Below are positions 1 through 12,046 of a stretch of DNA of 60,000 bases, one piece after another. Source of the stretch: Schmidtea polychroa (Eukaryota); NCBI GenBank assembly GCA_044892525.1, contig CM097885.1:49478001-49538000 (forward strand), given 5' to 3'. Position numbers and translations under genes: made by a program. The notes under the pieces were generated by a model that was not told where the DNA came from, ran no database searches, and saw only the letters and a program-made list of their open reading frames with translations. Each line of letters starts with the position of its first letter. The stretch's first letter is position 1.

Positions 1-2274
1 TTGGGGTGGGAGTAATTCATTATATTTTTCAAAGGAGTCTATATAATCATATGGATAGATTCCTTTTGCTAGACAGGTATTATATTCCTCTAATGGAATA
101 TTGTTTTTTAATAACACATGTTCTTTTGTATATTTAAAATCCTCAGGGTTCATAGTTTTAGCAATCCCATCCAAAGACATCCCTAAGAAATTTAACGAGT
201 CCAAAAACTTAAAGCATCCATATTGAATGCTTTTATATTTTTCTTTTGTAAGTCCAATAACCTTGAAAGAGTTTTTAGCATTTGCGGCCAGATGCTTAAT
301 GAATAGGTGAATATCATAGCCAAAAAGATTGTGAAATATAAATGGTATGTGTGTTGGTTTTTTACAATTGAGATTACATTTTTTATGGGCTGCTCCTCTG
401 TAATTATTTTTTCTTTTAAAATGATCATGGTCTGCAACCTTTGGCTCCTCATCCTCAAACTCTTGTTTACACATCCAGCAGTGTGTTGCATTTTTATATT
501 CTTCCTCTTGTTCTTCTGAAAAATTCATAGGAAAGTTGGATTTTAATATTATATATAATTCATGTTCTAGATTATTTAAAGTTTTAACAAAATGATCTAG
601 AGTCTCTTTGTCAGAAGTTCCTCTAAATGAATATTCTCTAGATTCTACAAGTTCTGGATAATTACTTTTAAAAAACATTTTATAAGCAGAGGGTAATTGT
701 TTTGTTAGTTTTACAGTATTAGTTTTTGTTCGTCTTAGTTTTACATTTATAGCTTCAAAATCACAATAAACCACTCCCAATGCTTCTAATAGATTGGAAT
801 AGTTTTTAAACCTCATATTAGCATTTTTCTTGTGTGGCATTTTTATTAAAGCAGGTTGATTCTTACAACAGAGTCTCTCATGTTTAATAGCAGCAAGTTT
901 TGAACTTGAATGATATAAACATCTTTTACAACATATGCCTCCACGAATGAGTGTGTTTCCTTTCATAAAACTTTGAAAATTCTTTATTAAGATATAATGA
1001 AGTTTTTTATCTAACATAGTGCCTCCGGACGCAGTGCTTTCTGCTTCTGGTTCTAATGAAATGCCTTCTTCTGCTTCTCTCCTCGGGTGAACGCTTTGAA
1101 CCTCTTCACCATATTCTTCTCCATCAAAGTCTTCATCTGGTTTACCTTCTTCTAATATTAAAAGATCTACTTCTCTCTTTTCATCTGAGATTTCCATGTT
1201 AGAAATGTAAATAGGAATAATGTGTTTATAATTTTTATTTTTTCTAGTTTTTGTAATTTTGGTTGGAATGAATTGATAAATATTAATTTTAAGATTATTT
1301 AATTTTTCAAATGCTGGAACATCTTCAATTTTCATTGGGTGGGAAAAATCTTTTGGATAAATTAATTCAGATTCATATTCTTCATATTTTTGAACTCTCT
1401 GTGGGTTAGTTGCTTGAGGATGTAAGTGTGCAAGTATTGACCATTGAAAACATTTATTATCTTTATTCTGTACATTTATAACATGGTTGGAGGTGAATGG
1501 TGTGTGAATAAAAGATTTAGGATTTGGTGGTGCGCCTCTCCAGTATTCAATCTCTATATTTTGAAAAGAGTGGAATCTTAAATTAGATTCTCCTAGTTCT
1601 TGTTCCACCTGTTCTTGTTTTTCTTCCAATTCTTTAGCTATATCATTAACAAGTTTATTTCCTGCTTTTGTAGAAAATAAATATTTATATGAGGTTTCAA
1701 TTTTTACATCTAGAGGCATTGCGATCGAATCATCTCCTCTCCAGTATTTTGCATTTCCTGTAAATTTAACTTTTATAACATTAAATCTTGATCTACCAAA
1801 TTTTTTTATAGCATCATCCATTGATGATATTATTTTTTTTTTATTTTCTCTTATATATTGCATGATTGATCTGGGTCCTCGTTTTACTTCTGCAATTACA
1901 TCGGTGTGATTGAAGTCATCCCAATTAAACTCTAGTTTTTCAGCTTTTTTAGTCATTGAGTTTGAATTAGAATCTTTTGCTTCAAGACCACAATCTTCTA
2001 TGTGTCTTAAGTAAAAAGATTTTATCCTCATCGTTTTTCCACATGCTGAACATTCGAATATTTCTCTGTTTTTAGGAACTCCAATACAATTTTTAAAATG
2101 CTTCTTATAACCTGAAAATAAATATCTATCCTTACATTTAGTACAGATTTTGGAATTAGTGTCATCTAGTGTGTTAGCTTTTATTAAATGGTCTTTTGAT
2201 TTTTTATGAGATGTTAAAGCAGTTTTATTTTTAAAATTTTTTTCACAAATTTCACAATTGAAAATAGCTTCCAT
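1..2274 (-). CDS. Protein-primed DNA polymerase B (pPolB) of a Polinton/Maverick/adintovirus-like element, 3'-truncated by the window edge
   Basis: Manual translation from the ATG at 2274 shows no stop codon down to base 1 (758 codons). It is absent from the ORF track, presumably because it runs off the window. Motifs: N-terminal zinc fingers (CEICEKNFKNKTALTSHKKSKDH etc.), INVQNKDNKCFQWSILAHLHP, ExoI VVYCDFEA, CWMC..VADHDH..YRGAAHKKCNLNC, ExoII FHNLFGYDIH, FLDSLNFL, KGIYPYDYIDS. Confidence 0.9.
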   Translation of the reverse strand, partial: MEAIFNCEICEKNFKNKTALTSHKKSKDHLIKANTLDDTNSKICTKCKDRYLFSGYKKHFKNCIGVPKNREIFECSACGKTMRIKSFYLRHIEDCGLEAKDSNSNSMTKKAEKLEFNWDDFNHTDVIAEVKRGPRSIMQYIRENKKKIISSMDDAIKKFGRSRFNVIKVKFTGNAKYWRGDDSIAMPLDVKIETSYKYLFSTKAGNKLVNDIAKELEEKQEQVEQELGESNLRFHSFQNIEIEYWRGAPPNPKSFIHTPFTSNHVINVQNKDNKCFQWSILAHLHPQATNPQRVQKYEEYESELIYPKDFSHPMKIEDVPAFEKLNNLKINIYQFIPTKITKTRKNKNYKHIIPIYISNMEISDEKREVDLLILEEGKPDEDFDGEEYGEEVQSVHPRREAEEGISLEPEAESTASGGTMLDKKLHYILIKNFQSFMKGNTLIRGGICCKRCLYHSSSKLAAIKHERLCCKNQPALIKMPHKKNANMRFKNYSNLLEALGVVYCDFEAINVKLRRTKTNTVKLTKQLPSAYKMFFKSNYPELVESREYSFRGTSDKETLDHFVKTLNNLEHELYIILKSNFPMNFSEEQEEEYKNATHCWMCKQEFEDEEPKVADHDHFKRKNNYRGAAHKKCNLNCKKPTHIPFIFHNLFGYDIHLFIKHLAANAKNSFKVIGLTKEKYKSIQYGCFKFLDSLNFLGMSLDGIAKTMNPEDFKYTKEHVLLKNNIPLEEYNTCLAKGIYPYDYIDSFEKYNELLPPQ

Positions 2275-2434
2275 TTTTAAAAGAATCTTTTGGTTGGATA
2301 CGATGTTTTGGTTTTGATATTAATTTTTATTTTTTTTAAATCTAAAAGTGATCAGGCGACCTAGATCATTATGAATTAGGTAATCTGATATTCTTATAAC
2401 ATTAAATCCTTATAACATTAAATCCTTAAGACCA

Positions 2435-2680
2435 AGTAGTGAGGAATCTATGCACCCCGTTACCTTTTCTCGGAATTACTAATCTATAAATACATCTATT
2501 CCGAACTTTTTTACTTTTAAGGGAAGAAATTAAGGGTTAATGGCAATAGGGGACAAAGTTTAAAAGTTAAAAAAAGTGAAGAATATGGGGTAAAAAAGCA
2601 TATAAATGTGGAAAATATGGGTCAATAGCGCTGTTTTTTTTTAGGGTGGGGGTGCTGGGGTGCATAGATTCCTCACTACT
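2435..2680. repeat. 24-bp perfect inverted repeat AGTAGTGAGGAATCTATGCACCCC (2435-2458 / 2657-2680)
   Basis: The exact reverse-complement match was read directly. The flanks (AGACCA / AATACT) are not a duplicated target site. Confidence 0.9.
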
Positions 2681-5030
2681 AATACTAGAATATTGTCTAA
2701 ATAAACAATTGCTCCATTAAGCAATATACCCTCTAACATCGTGTGCATTAATCGCTGAAACATTGCTGGAGCCGTTGATAATCCAAAGGGAAGTTGATTG
2801 AAATCAAATTAACCTTCTTTAGAACTAAAAGCCGTTTTGTCTTGTGCTTCTTCTGCAAATGCGACCTGATAGTACGCTTGTCCAAGATCTAAAGAAGAAA
2901 AGAATTTAGATCCTGATAGGTTATCAAGTAATTGGGATATTTTGGGCATAGGGAAAGATTCTCTTTCTATAATCTTATTCAACTCTCAATAATATACGCA
3001 CATTCTTATTGAGCCGTAATTATTTCCTACTACAACCAATTGGGAGCTCCGTGGACTTTTACAGCGTCTTATAACTCCAGCTTTTATTAACTCTTTTATC
3101 ATATCGTCAATTTTCTGTTCTAGATGCATCGTTTGTCGTCTTCGAAATTGCATTGTTAGATTCCCAGATGTATTAATGTCGTGCTCCACGATTCTTGTGG
3201 ATCCTAAATCAAATCTGGCTGCCATAAATATTGACCCGAATTCATCTAATAATTTGTTAATTGTTGGCAATTCATTTCTTCCCAAATCCTTTTTTGCATT
3301 TTGTCTTTTCTCGTCATCAGTATAATTGATAATCTTTGTCTCGGATTCGATATTGTTAATTTCCATCAACTGCACTCCAAATGCTTTCAAAGTATCTATC
3401 CCACCAATAAGAAAATATATTTTTAATAACAATTATTTTTATAGTCGTCATCTTATTGTGCCAATAAACATCTGCTTCTGTATATCCCTGTCGTTTTGGA
3501 GTTCATGGAAAAACTCCACATATTTTGATTTCACTGCTGCTTAACAGTGGACTGCTAATTTTATTCCATGTTTCCTCATTCATCACTGTAATTGAAGCTC
3601 CAGAATCCCACAACATCTCAATCTCAACATCATTTATCATCATCTTGCTCCATTCTCTTCCATCTGATGTCGCATACCTCATTCCTTCTGTTCTGTCATT
3701 CTGATTTTCTTCCTTTACAGCCCCATTGACGAAATGTATGCAATAGAGTTCCTCGTGTTTTTTTCAGTTTCCATATGATGAATTGCATAATCATTAATTG
3801 ATTCTCTTATTTCTGCATCATCCGAGTAATTTCTTCCGTTTTCTTTGTCATGCACACAAGCTATCAATTTCTTGTTCTCATAGTTCTATTGTTCTTTCTT
3901 TCTTTATAAATAACAATCAAGGAAATTATTCCCTCTCTTACCACATATCAAACATATAACTTTTACGGGGCATTCATATCTTCTATATGCCATATTCTCC
4001 ACAACAAAAACATTGGCCAGACTGTAATTCGCCGTTTCTTGGACCAGGAAGGCCTCTAGATCGATTGTATAATCTCTTGGCGATGTATTTAAGCGAAACC
4101 GTTGGTGCCCTTCTCTGCATATTCCGTTCAACTGTATGATTCATTTCGTTATTTCTGTTATACGAATTATCTGGTAAATTCCCTTTTCTGTAATTTCCTT
4201 GGCTTCTTAATACATTGGTGTTACTTCCATTTGTTTCTCTTGTAAACATTTCTGAATTCCTTCTATTTGTTACTTCCGCGTATCTACTCTTCTTTATTAC
4301 CATAATTTCTTCCGTCTTTTCTTTTGATTCCACTTTTTCGTAAATTTTGGCTAGTTGATTTCGTTCTTCTGCTGTCATCGTTGGTTTCATTGTTAGCGCA
4401 TCTTTCAATCTTCTGTCTCCGACGCGTCCAGTTATAATTTCATTGGCAATCTCCTCTACCCTTATTCCTGAATTCATAACTTCACTCACTAATTTTAATA
4501 CCATGATTTCGAAGGTTGCATATCTCTCATTTTCCTCTTGTCTAATTGCAGCAAGTTCTTTAATTTTGTTTATAATAGTCAATTTAATTGTAAATGTTTC
4601 GGAAAACCATTCATTAGCTGTTTTATCTGTATTTTTTCTGTTTTGAAATTTTTCAACAGCGTAACCGCTTCATCACAAAGGAGAAAATCAAATGCTTCTG
4701 TCCTCTTCAAATCATTCCTAGCGATCCAATCATCAATTGCCTGTATCCATTTTTAAGCTTCCTTGATACATCTACCGTCGTATCTTCTAATTTCCATACC
4801 CAAGAGTTCTTGCGCATGTTTCGGTAGTGCGTCTCTTGCAGACCGTTTCCCTTCTCCTCGAGTCGTCATTGTATGTACATTTTCAGCGTGGTCGCCATTT
4901 ACAACAATCGGTTCCATCTAAAGATTTATTATTTATTAACACAGAGTGATCACTCTTAAATAGTAATGTATATTGCGTAATAACTAACACATTGCATTGA
5001 ATGACGCAATATAATTTGAGCTTCTTCACA
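2681..5030 (-). mobile_element. Degenerate Ty3/Gypsy LTR retrotransposon (putative 5' LTR, PBS, gag, part of RT)
   Basis: RT peptides RMCVYY*ELNK..FPMPKISQLLDNLSGSKFFSSLDLGQAYYQV..KTAF..LPFGLSTAPAMFQRLM..IVYLDNILV. The gag has CxxC knuckle remnants (CFCCGEYG, CLICGKRG) and an ATG at 4869 with a premature stop. A PBS-like TGGCGACCACG lies at 4887-4897, preceded by a short TGT-starting LTR-like segment at about 4898-5030. Confidence 0.85.
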
Positions 5031-5785
5031 TTTGGTCTTTAGCCTCTAATGTTTTATTTTATTTATTTATAAATTAAAATTAGATAATTATATTAGCAAA
5101 TACAATTAAATTTTACAAGAAGTTTATTTTTCCAAGTATTATATAGTATAATTTATATCGATATTGATATGTGATATTTAAAATTTTGTACTTTCTCTAA
5201 GTACAATTCTTTTAGCAATCACAAAAATTTGAAATTCATGCTTAAGTGATAATTAATTTTAAATCGGATAACTATGTTTTTGGTCTGAAGTAAAAACGAA
5301 TATTTTGTTAATTGTTACTGTTTCAATAGTTAGTTGTCATTGGTTATTTCTCGGAAAAATGTTTTAATTATATTCCAGTTTTTCTCTCATTCGCGAGAAT
5401 TTTAAATCTAAAATGTACAATTTATAATCATTTTCCCCTACAAATTTGTCAGTGCCATTTTGTCCAGCAACCGTTAGAAAGATCATGATTGTTTCGATTT
5501 GCATACGTTTCTTGACAGAGCAATTGAAGACGAACAACAAATTAATAAGAATGTTGTAATAAATTATGAAGTCTTTCAGTAAATTACAACAAAGTAATAA
5601 CATATTTCAACAGTTATAAAATTTTTAAGCAAATTATAACTAGATTATAAAAATATTGCATCAAAGTAATAAAATAATGAGGCGAATTGCAACAAATCAA
5701 TAAATTTATCATCAAATCGCAACAAGGAAATAAATTAATACAATATTTTTAATTCTAGATCAAACCAGTTGAGAGAGAATTAATT

Positions 5786-5789
<4 letters not shown>

Positions 5790-5861
<72 letters not shown>
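5790..5861. repeat. (TA)n microsatellite
   Basis: Direct reading. Confidence 0.95.
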
Positions 5862-5868
<7 letters not shown>

Positions 5869-6202
5869 TCAGTAAAATTATTTCAACTAGAAATTTTATA
5901 ACAAAACAACTGATGAAAATGCAAAAAAAATCAACAAAACACGTGTGTTGCACACACTGAACGAAATATTAAATATAGAATCTAACCATCTTATAGGGAA
6001 TTAAATTATACCTATACATGGTTTCACTAAAATTGTGATAGAACCGGACTATCGGGGGGTAAATCGTGTTCGAAAATTAGAAAGATAGATATATAGAGTA
6101 GATGTATACTCCAGTCCGACAGGAATCTTCGACTCTCACATATTTTTTGGGTGAATTTAAAAGGGGACTATTAATTTTTTTATTTTTTGGATAGGTACGC
6201 CC

Positions 6203-7732
6203 CAGTGTGGACTGGCCCACCGGGATACCGCGAATATCTCGGTGGGGCTACCGGCCAATTATCTCCGTAGGCCTACTGGTCCATAAATGTTGGAAAGTTT
6301 TTTATATTTTTTAATGAAATGAAATGAAATTTTTACAATTGTTACTTCTTTCTATTTCTATTTAACTCAATGGTTGATTAACGAAACAACAAAATAAGCA
6401 TGCAGATATGATATGAATAGAATCGTAAATGAGATGTTCTGTTGTTCATCGAAGCACCACATAATACTTAGGTCTCACATAAAAAATTCTCCATTTTAAA
6501 TCGACTCAGAAATTGTTTAGGTCAAAAACATTTGGAAGCATTTATGCTCATGGTGTGTGAAAAAGATATTATAAATAACATTGACAATAATAGAATAATT
6601 GATATAATGAGAGAAAAAAGTGAAATGCTTGTTGGATTGGGAATTTTTGGATGAGCTGGGTAGTTGTCAATTACCAGTAAAATCTTCCTTTTTTTGGTGA
6701 TTAAATCTCTGTTCCACTTTGAGGAGTAATTTTTAAAGATTTCAGATATCATCCATGCCTTTGGGTTTGTTGCATATTCAACAGGATGTTTTTGACATTT
6801 TTAAAGCAGTGTGGTTTGAGAGATTTCCCAATGACAACAAGCTGCTTTTTGTCTGTTCCAGTTAAGTTTGCACAAACCAAAACAGTTAGACGATTTCTAA
6901 TTTTTTTCAACCAACACATTTCTCAATCCTGAATTTGAAAGTCATTTCAAGTGTTAAGTTATAAAACAAGCCTTTTTTATCTGCATTGTAGATATCCTCT
7001 CTTTTAAAACCCTTTTCATCTCTGACTGAACTGATTTTGTTCGATTTAATGCCGATAATATTGTGTCTTTTTTTCTACAAAATGTTGATTTTGAAAGATT
7101 GTATTTTTTACAAACCTGTGAATTTTTATCTCCGCTTTCCAATTTATAAATAATTTTTACTTTTCTTGAATTGAGAAGATCATTCTTTTGTTTGTATCCA
7201 TGTTCACAGAAGTTGATTTGAGAATATAATAAAATTTAATCATAAGTTTAAATTGTTGAGATTGAATAAAAAATATATTTTTTTGTTTAACAATAAAATT
7301 GATATATTAAGTGATATTTTAATTTGAACTTTTAAATCGAAAATTACAAAAAATCTTAATTTAGAACATTTTTTTAAATAAAAAAATGTGTTCGTTGTAA
7401 CCGGTTTTGGTTCGTTGTAAGCAGGAAAATCCTATATTAAAAAAGCTTGAACCAAACCAAAATTTCTTTTGTTCACTATAAGCAGGAGTTCGTAGTAACC
7501 GAGTTCGACTGTATTGAAAAAACTTGTTTATTTAATAATATTTATTTAATTATTTTTAATTACTTAATTTTGATTTTCTTTAAATTATTAAAAAAACTCC
7601 TTTTTATTATGTTAATAAATATGTCTATAAATTACTAATGTACTTTTTGAAATTTTTTTCCCTTAAATTTAATATTGTGGGCCTACGTCGCCTATATTTC
7701 CCGGGCCTAAATGTGTTTCCAGTCCAGCCCTG
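6203..7732. mobile_element. Non-autonomous hAT-like element with a nested Tigger/pogo fragment
   Basis: Ends are CAGTGTGGACTGG / CCAGTCCAGCCCTG. The 8-bp flanks GTACGCCC (6195-6202) and GTACGCCA (7733-7740) match 7/8. Confidence 0.7.
6610..7511 (-). pseudogene. Tigger/pogo-family transposase relic with its 5' TIR
   Basis: Peptides ESGDKNSQVCKKYNLSKST (CENP-B-like HTH), RLTVLVCANLTGTDKKQLVVIGKSLKPHCFK, NPKAWMISEIF, KRKILLVIDNYPAHP. TA followed by the TIR CAGTCGAACTCGGTTACTACGAAC at 7511. Confidence 0.85.
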
Positions 7733-8443
7733 GTACGCCAACTCCATAAAGGCCACTTATTAGATAAAGAATTTAATTTCGAGTATATTGACATAAAAAG
7801 TTCTTATAAAAAATTTAAATTATTATGTTATCGATAATGAAAACAAAATTTTAAAAAATTTATCGAGGGGGGGGGCTGTCCAAAAAAAGGTAGGGGAACT
7901 TACTAACGTGCATATACATATATTAAAGCACAAATATATTCATAGTGTTTCATACAAACACATACAAGTCATAAAAGTTAAGCACATATACACCATTTAA
8001 ATCATGTATTTATATTGCATCTTTAATGGATATTACTAATATTACTAATATCTAAACCATAAAATTTATTACGTCATTAAATAATAAATTATATTTTACA
8101 ATAAATTACAAGAGAGTAATAACATATTTCAGTAAATTTCAACAAAGTTATGAAATATTTATCAAATTGTAACAAAATAATACAAATATTGCAACAAAGT
8201 AATAAAATAGTATAAGTAAATTGCAATAAAGTAATACATTATTTCAGTGAACGGCAACAAATTAATAAAATTATTACAATAAATTAAAAACAAATTGTGA
8301 AATCCATCATTAAATTACAACCAAGTAATAAAATATTTCAGTATATTTTTCCGTATATAGTTCAGTATTTAAAATTATAATAACATATTTCAGGCCCCAC
8401 AAATAGAATATCCACTTCGCAATATTATTTTGAGCATTAAAAG

Positions 8444-8760
8444 AATTAAAATAGGATTAAGATCATCCATAAAATAACATTTAATTGAAGCCATTTGTTT
8501 CTTAAAGCCATTTTTAAAATAAACAGATTTGTATACATTTTGAATTTTATATCATTTATATATGTATATATGTATTATAAGAACTTTCTCAATTTTCACC
8601 TCTGATCTCTTTTCAATTGACATTGTAATATAATATAATATAATATAAATGATCTAAAATACAAAATATATACAAATCTGTTTATTTTAAAAATGAATTT
8701 AAGAAACAAATGGCTTCAACTAAATTTTATTTTGTGGATGACCTTAATGCTATTTTAATT
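8444..8760. repeat. Imperfect inverted repeat (about 115-bp arms), MITE-like
   Basis: 8444-8560 is the reverse complement of about 8643-8760 (e.g. GAAGCCATTTGTTTCTTAAA / TTTAAGAAACAAATGGCTTC). Confidence 0.75.
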
Positions 8761-9164
8761 ATTACCACGTTTTTCTTAACTTGATTTCTTGTACGTTTGG
8801 GTCAAATCTTTCGATCGAATTTTGAAGCACTTCCCATAATCCAATTTCGCTGAAATTCTGTATACAGGCTTCCTCTCGATGACAACACAATAATTTAATA
8901 CTTTCATAACTTAATTATACTTAACGGATCTGTTTTAGGTGAAAACGCATGTATGACGCAACGCATTCATATTTTTATGATTTTTAAAAAATTATTATAC
9001 CTAATTTTAAATTCTATCTATGTATTGCATTACTGTAAAATTCATCAAAAGTCGCGATGTAGGAGAAAAAATATGTTCTGCATAAAAAATGCACGCATGA
9101 AAAAAATTGGTTTTGACAGAAGATCGGTTGTAATATTTGAGAAGACTAAAAAGAGCAAAATAAT

Positions 9165-9810
9165 ATATGTAGAAAAAAAACATTTTAAAATACCCCGTTT
9201 TTCTTGTGGACTAAAAAGAAGAAAATAATTTTCCTGGGCATAAATATCTTGAATACATACATACTTAGAGCTTATAGCAATATTCTATAACTAAAAACGT
9301 GGGGCGCATTTTAGAATAAGTATCAAAATATTTTTTATAAATTCGATAAAAGTCAAGTATATTGAAATTGCTCAATCCTTAACGTGATTAACCTTTAATG
9401 AGACTGTGTGAACTTCGTTTTAAAAAAAATATATATGATTTTTCAATCAATATATTGCTTATTTTCAGGTACATTATCAGAAATTTTTTAAATAGAATTT
9501 CTTTACTTTATAATTTTTAATTCACATATTTTTTAATTTCATTCAAAATTGTTATTGAAATGAATGTGAACATGAAAAATCCGTTCCAAATGCTTACTAG
9601 AAAACCAACATATTTATAGCTTTACCAGTATAATTAAGGCTTTATGCATCAATATTTTTGATACTTATTCTAAAATGCGCCGATGTTTTTAGTTATAGAA
9701 TATTGCAATAAGCTCTAAGTATGTATATATTCAAGATATTTATGCCCAGAAAATTTATTTACTTATTTTTAGTCTACAAGAAAAACGTGGTATTTTTAAG
9801 TTTTTTTACA
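9165..9810. repeat. Inverted repeat (about 165-bp arms), MITE-like
   Basis: CTGGGCATAAATATCTTGAATA..CATACTTAGAGCTTAT..GCGCATTTTAGAATAAGTATCAAAA at about 9234-9329 is matched in reverse complement at about 9655-9750. Confidence 0.8.
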
Positions 9811-11007
9811 TATAAATTTTTTTTATGCTAAAAATAATCGTTCCACGTTTTTTTGTATTGGCAGCAGTGCTCTCACAGATATGATGATAATTAAATTCTA
9901 TATTCAAAACTAATAATTAATATTATAGAAATTTCACATATTTTTATTTTGTTTTATTTTTAAAATTTATATTAACTTAGTTTCATTACAAATAAAATTT
10001 TAAATAATAATTTAAAGTTTATATTTATATATCATAGATTAAAATTTAATCATTAAATTTCAACGTAATGTCAAAGTTGAAACATTTACAGTCCTAATTA
10101 AAACAAATGATGTTATGATTAATTCAATTAATTAATATTATTAATAATTTAATTAAAGATTTGGTGAATGTATGTTATTTTTTAATGCTGTTTGTTGATT
10201 TTGTTATTTATACATTCATACATTGAAAGAATTTCCTTTGTAGATTTTGTTTAATTAATATTAACGGAATAATTATTATTTGAATTAATAAAATTATGGG
10301 CATTATTATCATGGATAATATTATCAAAATAGCGTTAAAATACCGAAACAACTTGAAAGTTAAAACTATAAACAAACAAAAAATGGAAAATGAAGCAACG
10401 AAATTATTCTTAATATTTAATTTATACGGACCCTAACAAATTGATCCTAACATACTCTACACGCCCTAATTCAAAACTTAAATATTCGTAAAAATACAAT
10501 TTCAATTTACAAGAAATTATGTTCAGAAAAATATATTCCCAAAATTCCTTAATAGAGAATCCATGTAAATGTCTGACAAACGAATATTGCATCGTAAAAC
10601 TCAAGAGGTTTAAATTTACAATTTGAATATATTCTACTTAATTTCGTTTAATTTACATGCAAAACTCTACTAATTTTCCAATGCAGCAATTTCTGCTCGA
10701 CCAATCAGAAATTTTGATTCCATCCATTCATGTGAGCCTCAATTCCATTCAAGAAATCAGTCAGATAAAGAAAGAAAATATACATGAACATTTACGAAAC
10801 AATAATGCATGCCTGCTCAGCATAATCGACACATTGTGTGAGTGTGTGCATCGAATGAAGAAGTTTCAATTAGAACTGTTTTTAATTACTTAGGTAACCA
10901 TTGTTGTTGTCGCTGTTGGTCTGTTTCATTAATTCTTTTTATTCGATTCATTATCCCAAAATGGATTAAAATAGAAAATTTCCAAATTCAAATTAATTCC
11001 AAACAAC

Positions 11008-11351
11008 ATGAAGTCATCGGAAAGTAAAGTCGGGCGAAAAAAATATTCGCTAGATTCTTTTCCGTCATCGGTGTTCTATGAGCAGAATGAGTTTCTTGAA
11101 ATCGAAAACGAAATTGAATATCTCGACATTATTCCACAAGATAATAAATCTAGACGTGAAACTCTGATCGGAAACAAGTCGGATTTTAATTTGACAGACA
11201 AATCGAAAACTGATTGTCAACAAGAAACAAATGAAATTCCGATCAATCCAAATGAAAGTTTGATTTACAATGGATTTTACACGACTGTCTTTCATATTTT
11301 CGACCAGAATAAACATCCAAGAGATTGGTGTTTGAAAATAATCACTTGGCC
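11008..11351 (+). CDS. Cav3: T-type voltage-gated calcium channel alpha-1 (Cav3), coding exon 1
   Basis: Ends IYNGFYTTVFHIFDQNKHPRDWCLKIITW(P), like the Cav3 N-terminus preceding IS1. It is followed by the U12 donor ATATCCTTT. The start ATG is inferred. Confidence 0.85.
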
Positions 11352-11832
11352 ATATCCTTTTGAAACTTTTTTCAGATAAGAATATTATTTAATCTTTCAC
11401 TATTTATGATTTTACTTTTCAAATTAAATTATAATTTCATTAAAAATATATAAATGACAGAAATATTAAAAATATATAATTAAAAGTAAATGAAATTTCC
11501 TCTACTGGGAATAATTTTATTAATTAACTTGTTGTTATTAGATGATAATAGATCAATAAAACTTTTAAGAATTTTTAAAATTAACCTCAAATAAAGAAAA
11601 AATGTTTTCTAAAATTTTTTCACTTCTAACAAAAACTTTCAAAAATATATTTAGATTAATTGATATCAAATTAAAATAATTTTCAAATGTCTTTAACATT
11701 AGAATTACCAACATGTCAAAATGACGAATTTCACATTTTTTGGTTTAAATTTTTTAATACCTTATATTATTGTATTTATGATGATTTTTAATATGGCATT
11801 AAAGTAATTAAAAATATTTATTTGCGATTTAA

Positions 11833-12046
11833 CCCTGCAGAGCGCGCGCTAAAAAAATTACATTGATGCGCGCGTTGGGTCTCACAGACCCAATATTGTT
11901 TTCTCATGATTTATAGACTTATTGATTGGCAAAATAAAGCAATATTAAATTTTAAAAGATTTATTACTTTATAAACAAGCTTTTACATTTTTTTACGCAA
12001 AAAAAGATCGTCTGGGTCTGTGAGACCCAACGCGCCCTCTGGAGGG
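11833..12046. mobile_element. piggyBac-type MITE
   Basis: TTAA on both sides. TIRs CCCTGCAGAGCGCGCG / CGCGCCCTCTGGAGGG. Internal inverted TGGGTCTCACAGACCCA / TGGGTCTGTGAGACCCA. Confidence 0.9.

Larger units (their letters stand above)
1..2680 (-). mobile_element. End of a Polinton/Maverick-like element (terminus ...CACTACT at 2680), inserted in a Gypsy RT
   Basis: Contains the pPolB ORF. It ends in ACTACT (AGTAGT on the - strand, a typical Polinton terminus) exactly where the adjacent Gypsy RT reading frame breaks off. Confidence 0.75.

Noticed and set aside
192..519. ORF-track entries 192..491 (-) and 307..519 (+)
   Set aside because: They are shadow frames of the real pPolB ORF (2274 to <1).
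10657..11027. Short ORFs upstream of the Cav3 start
   Set aside because: No recognisable protein. They could be uORFs, but the transcription start is unknown.
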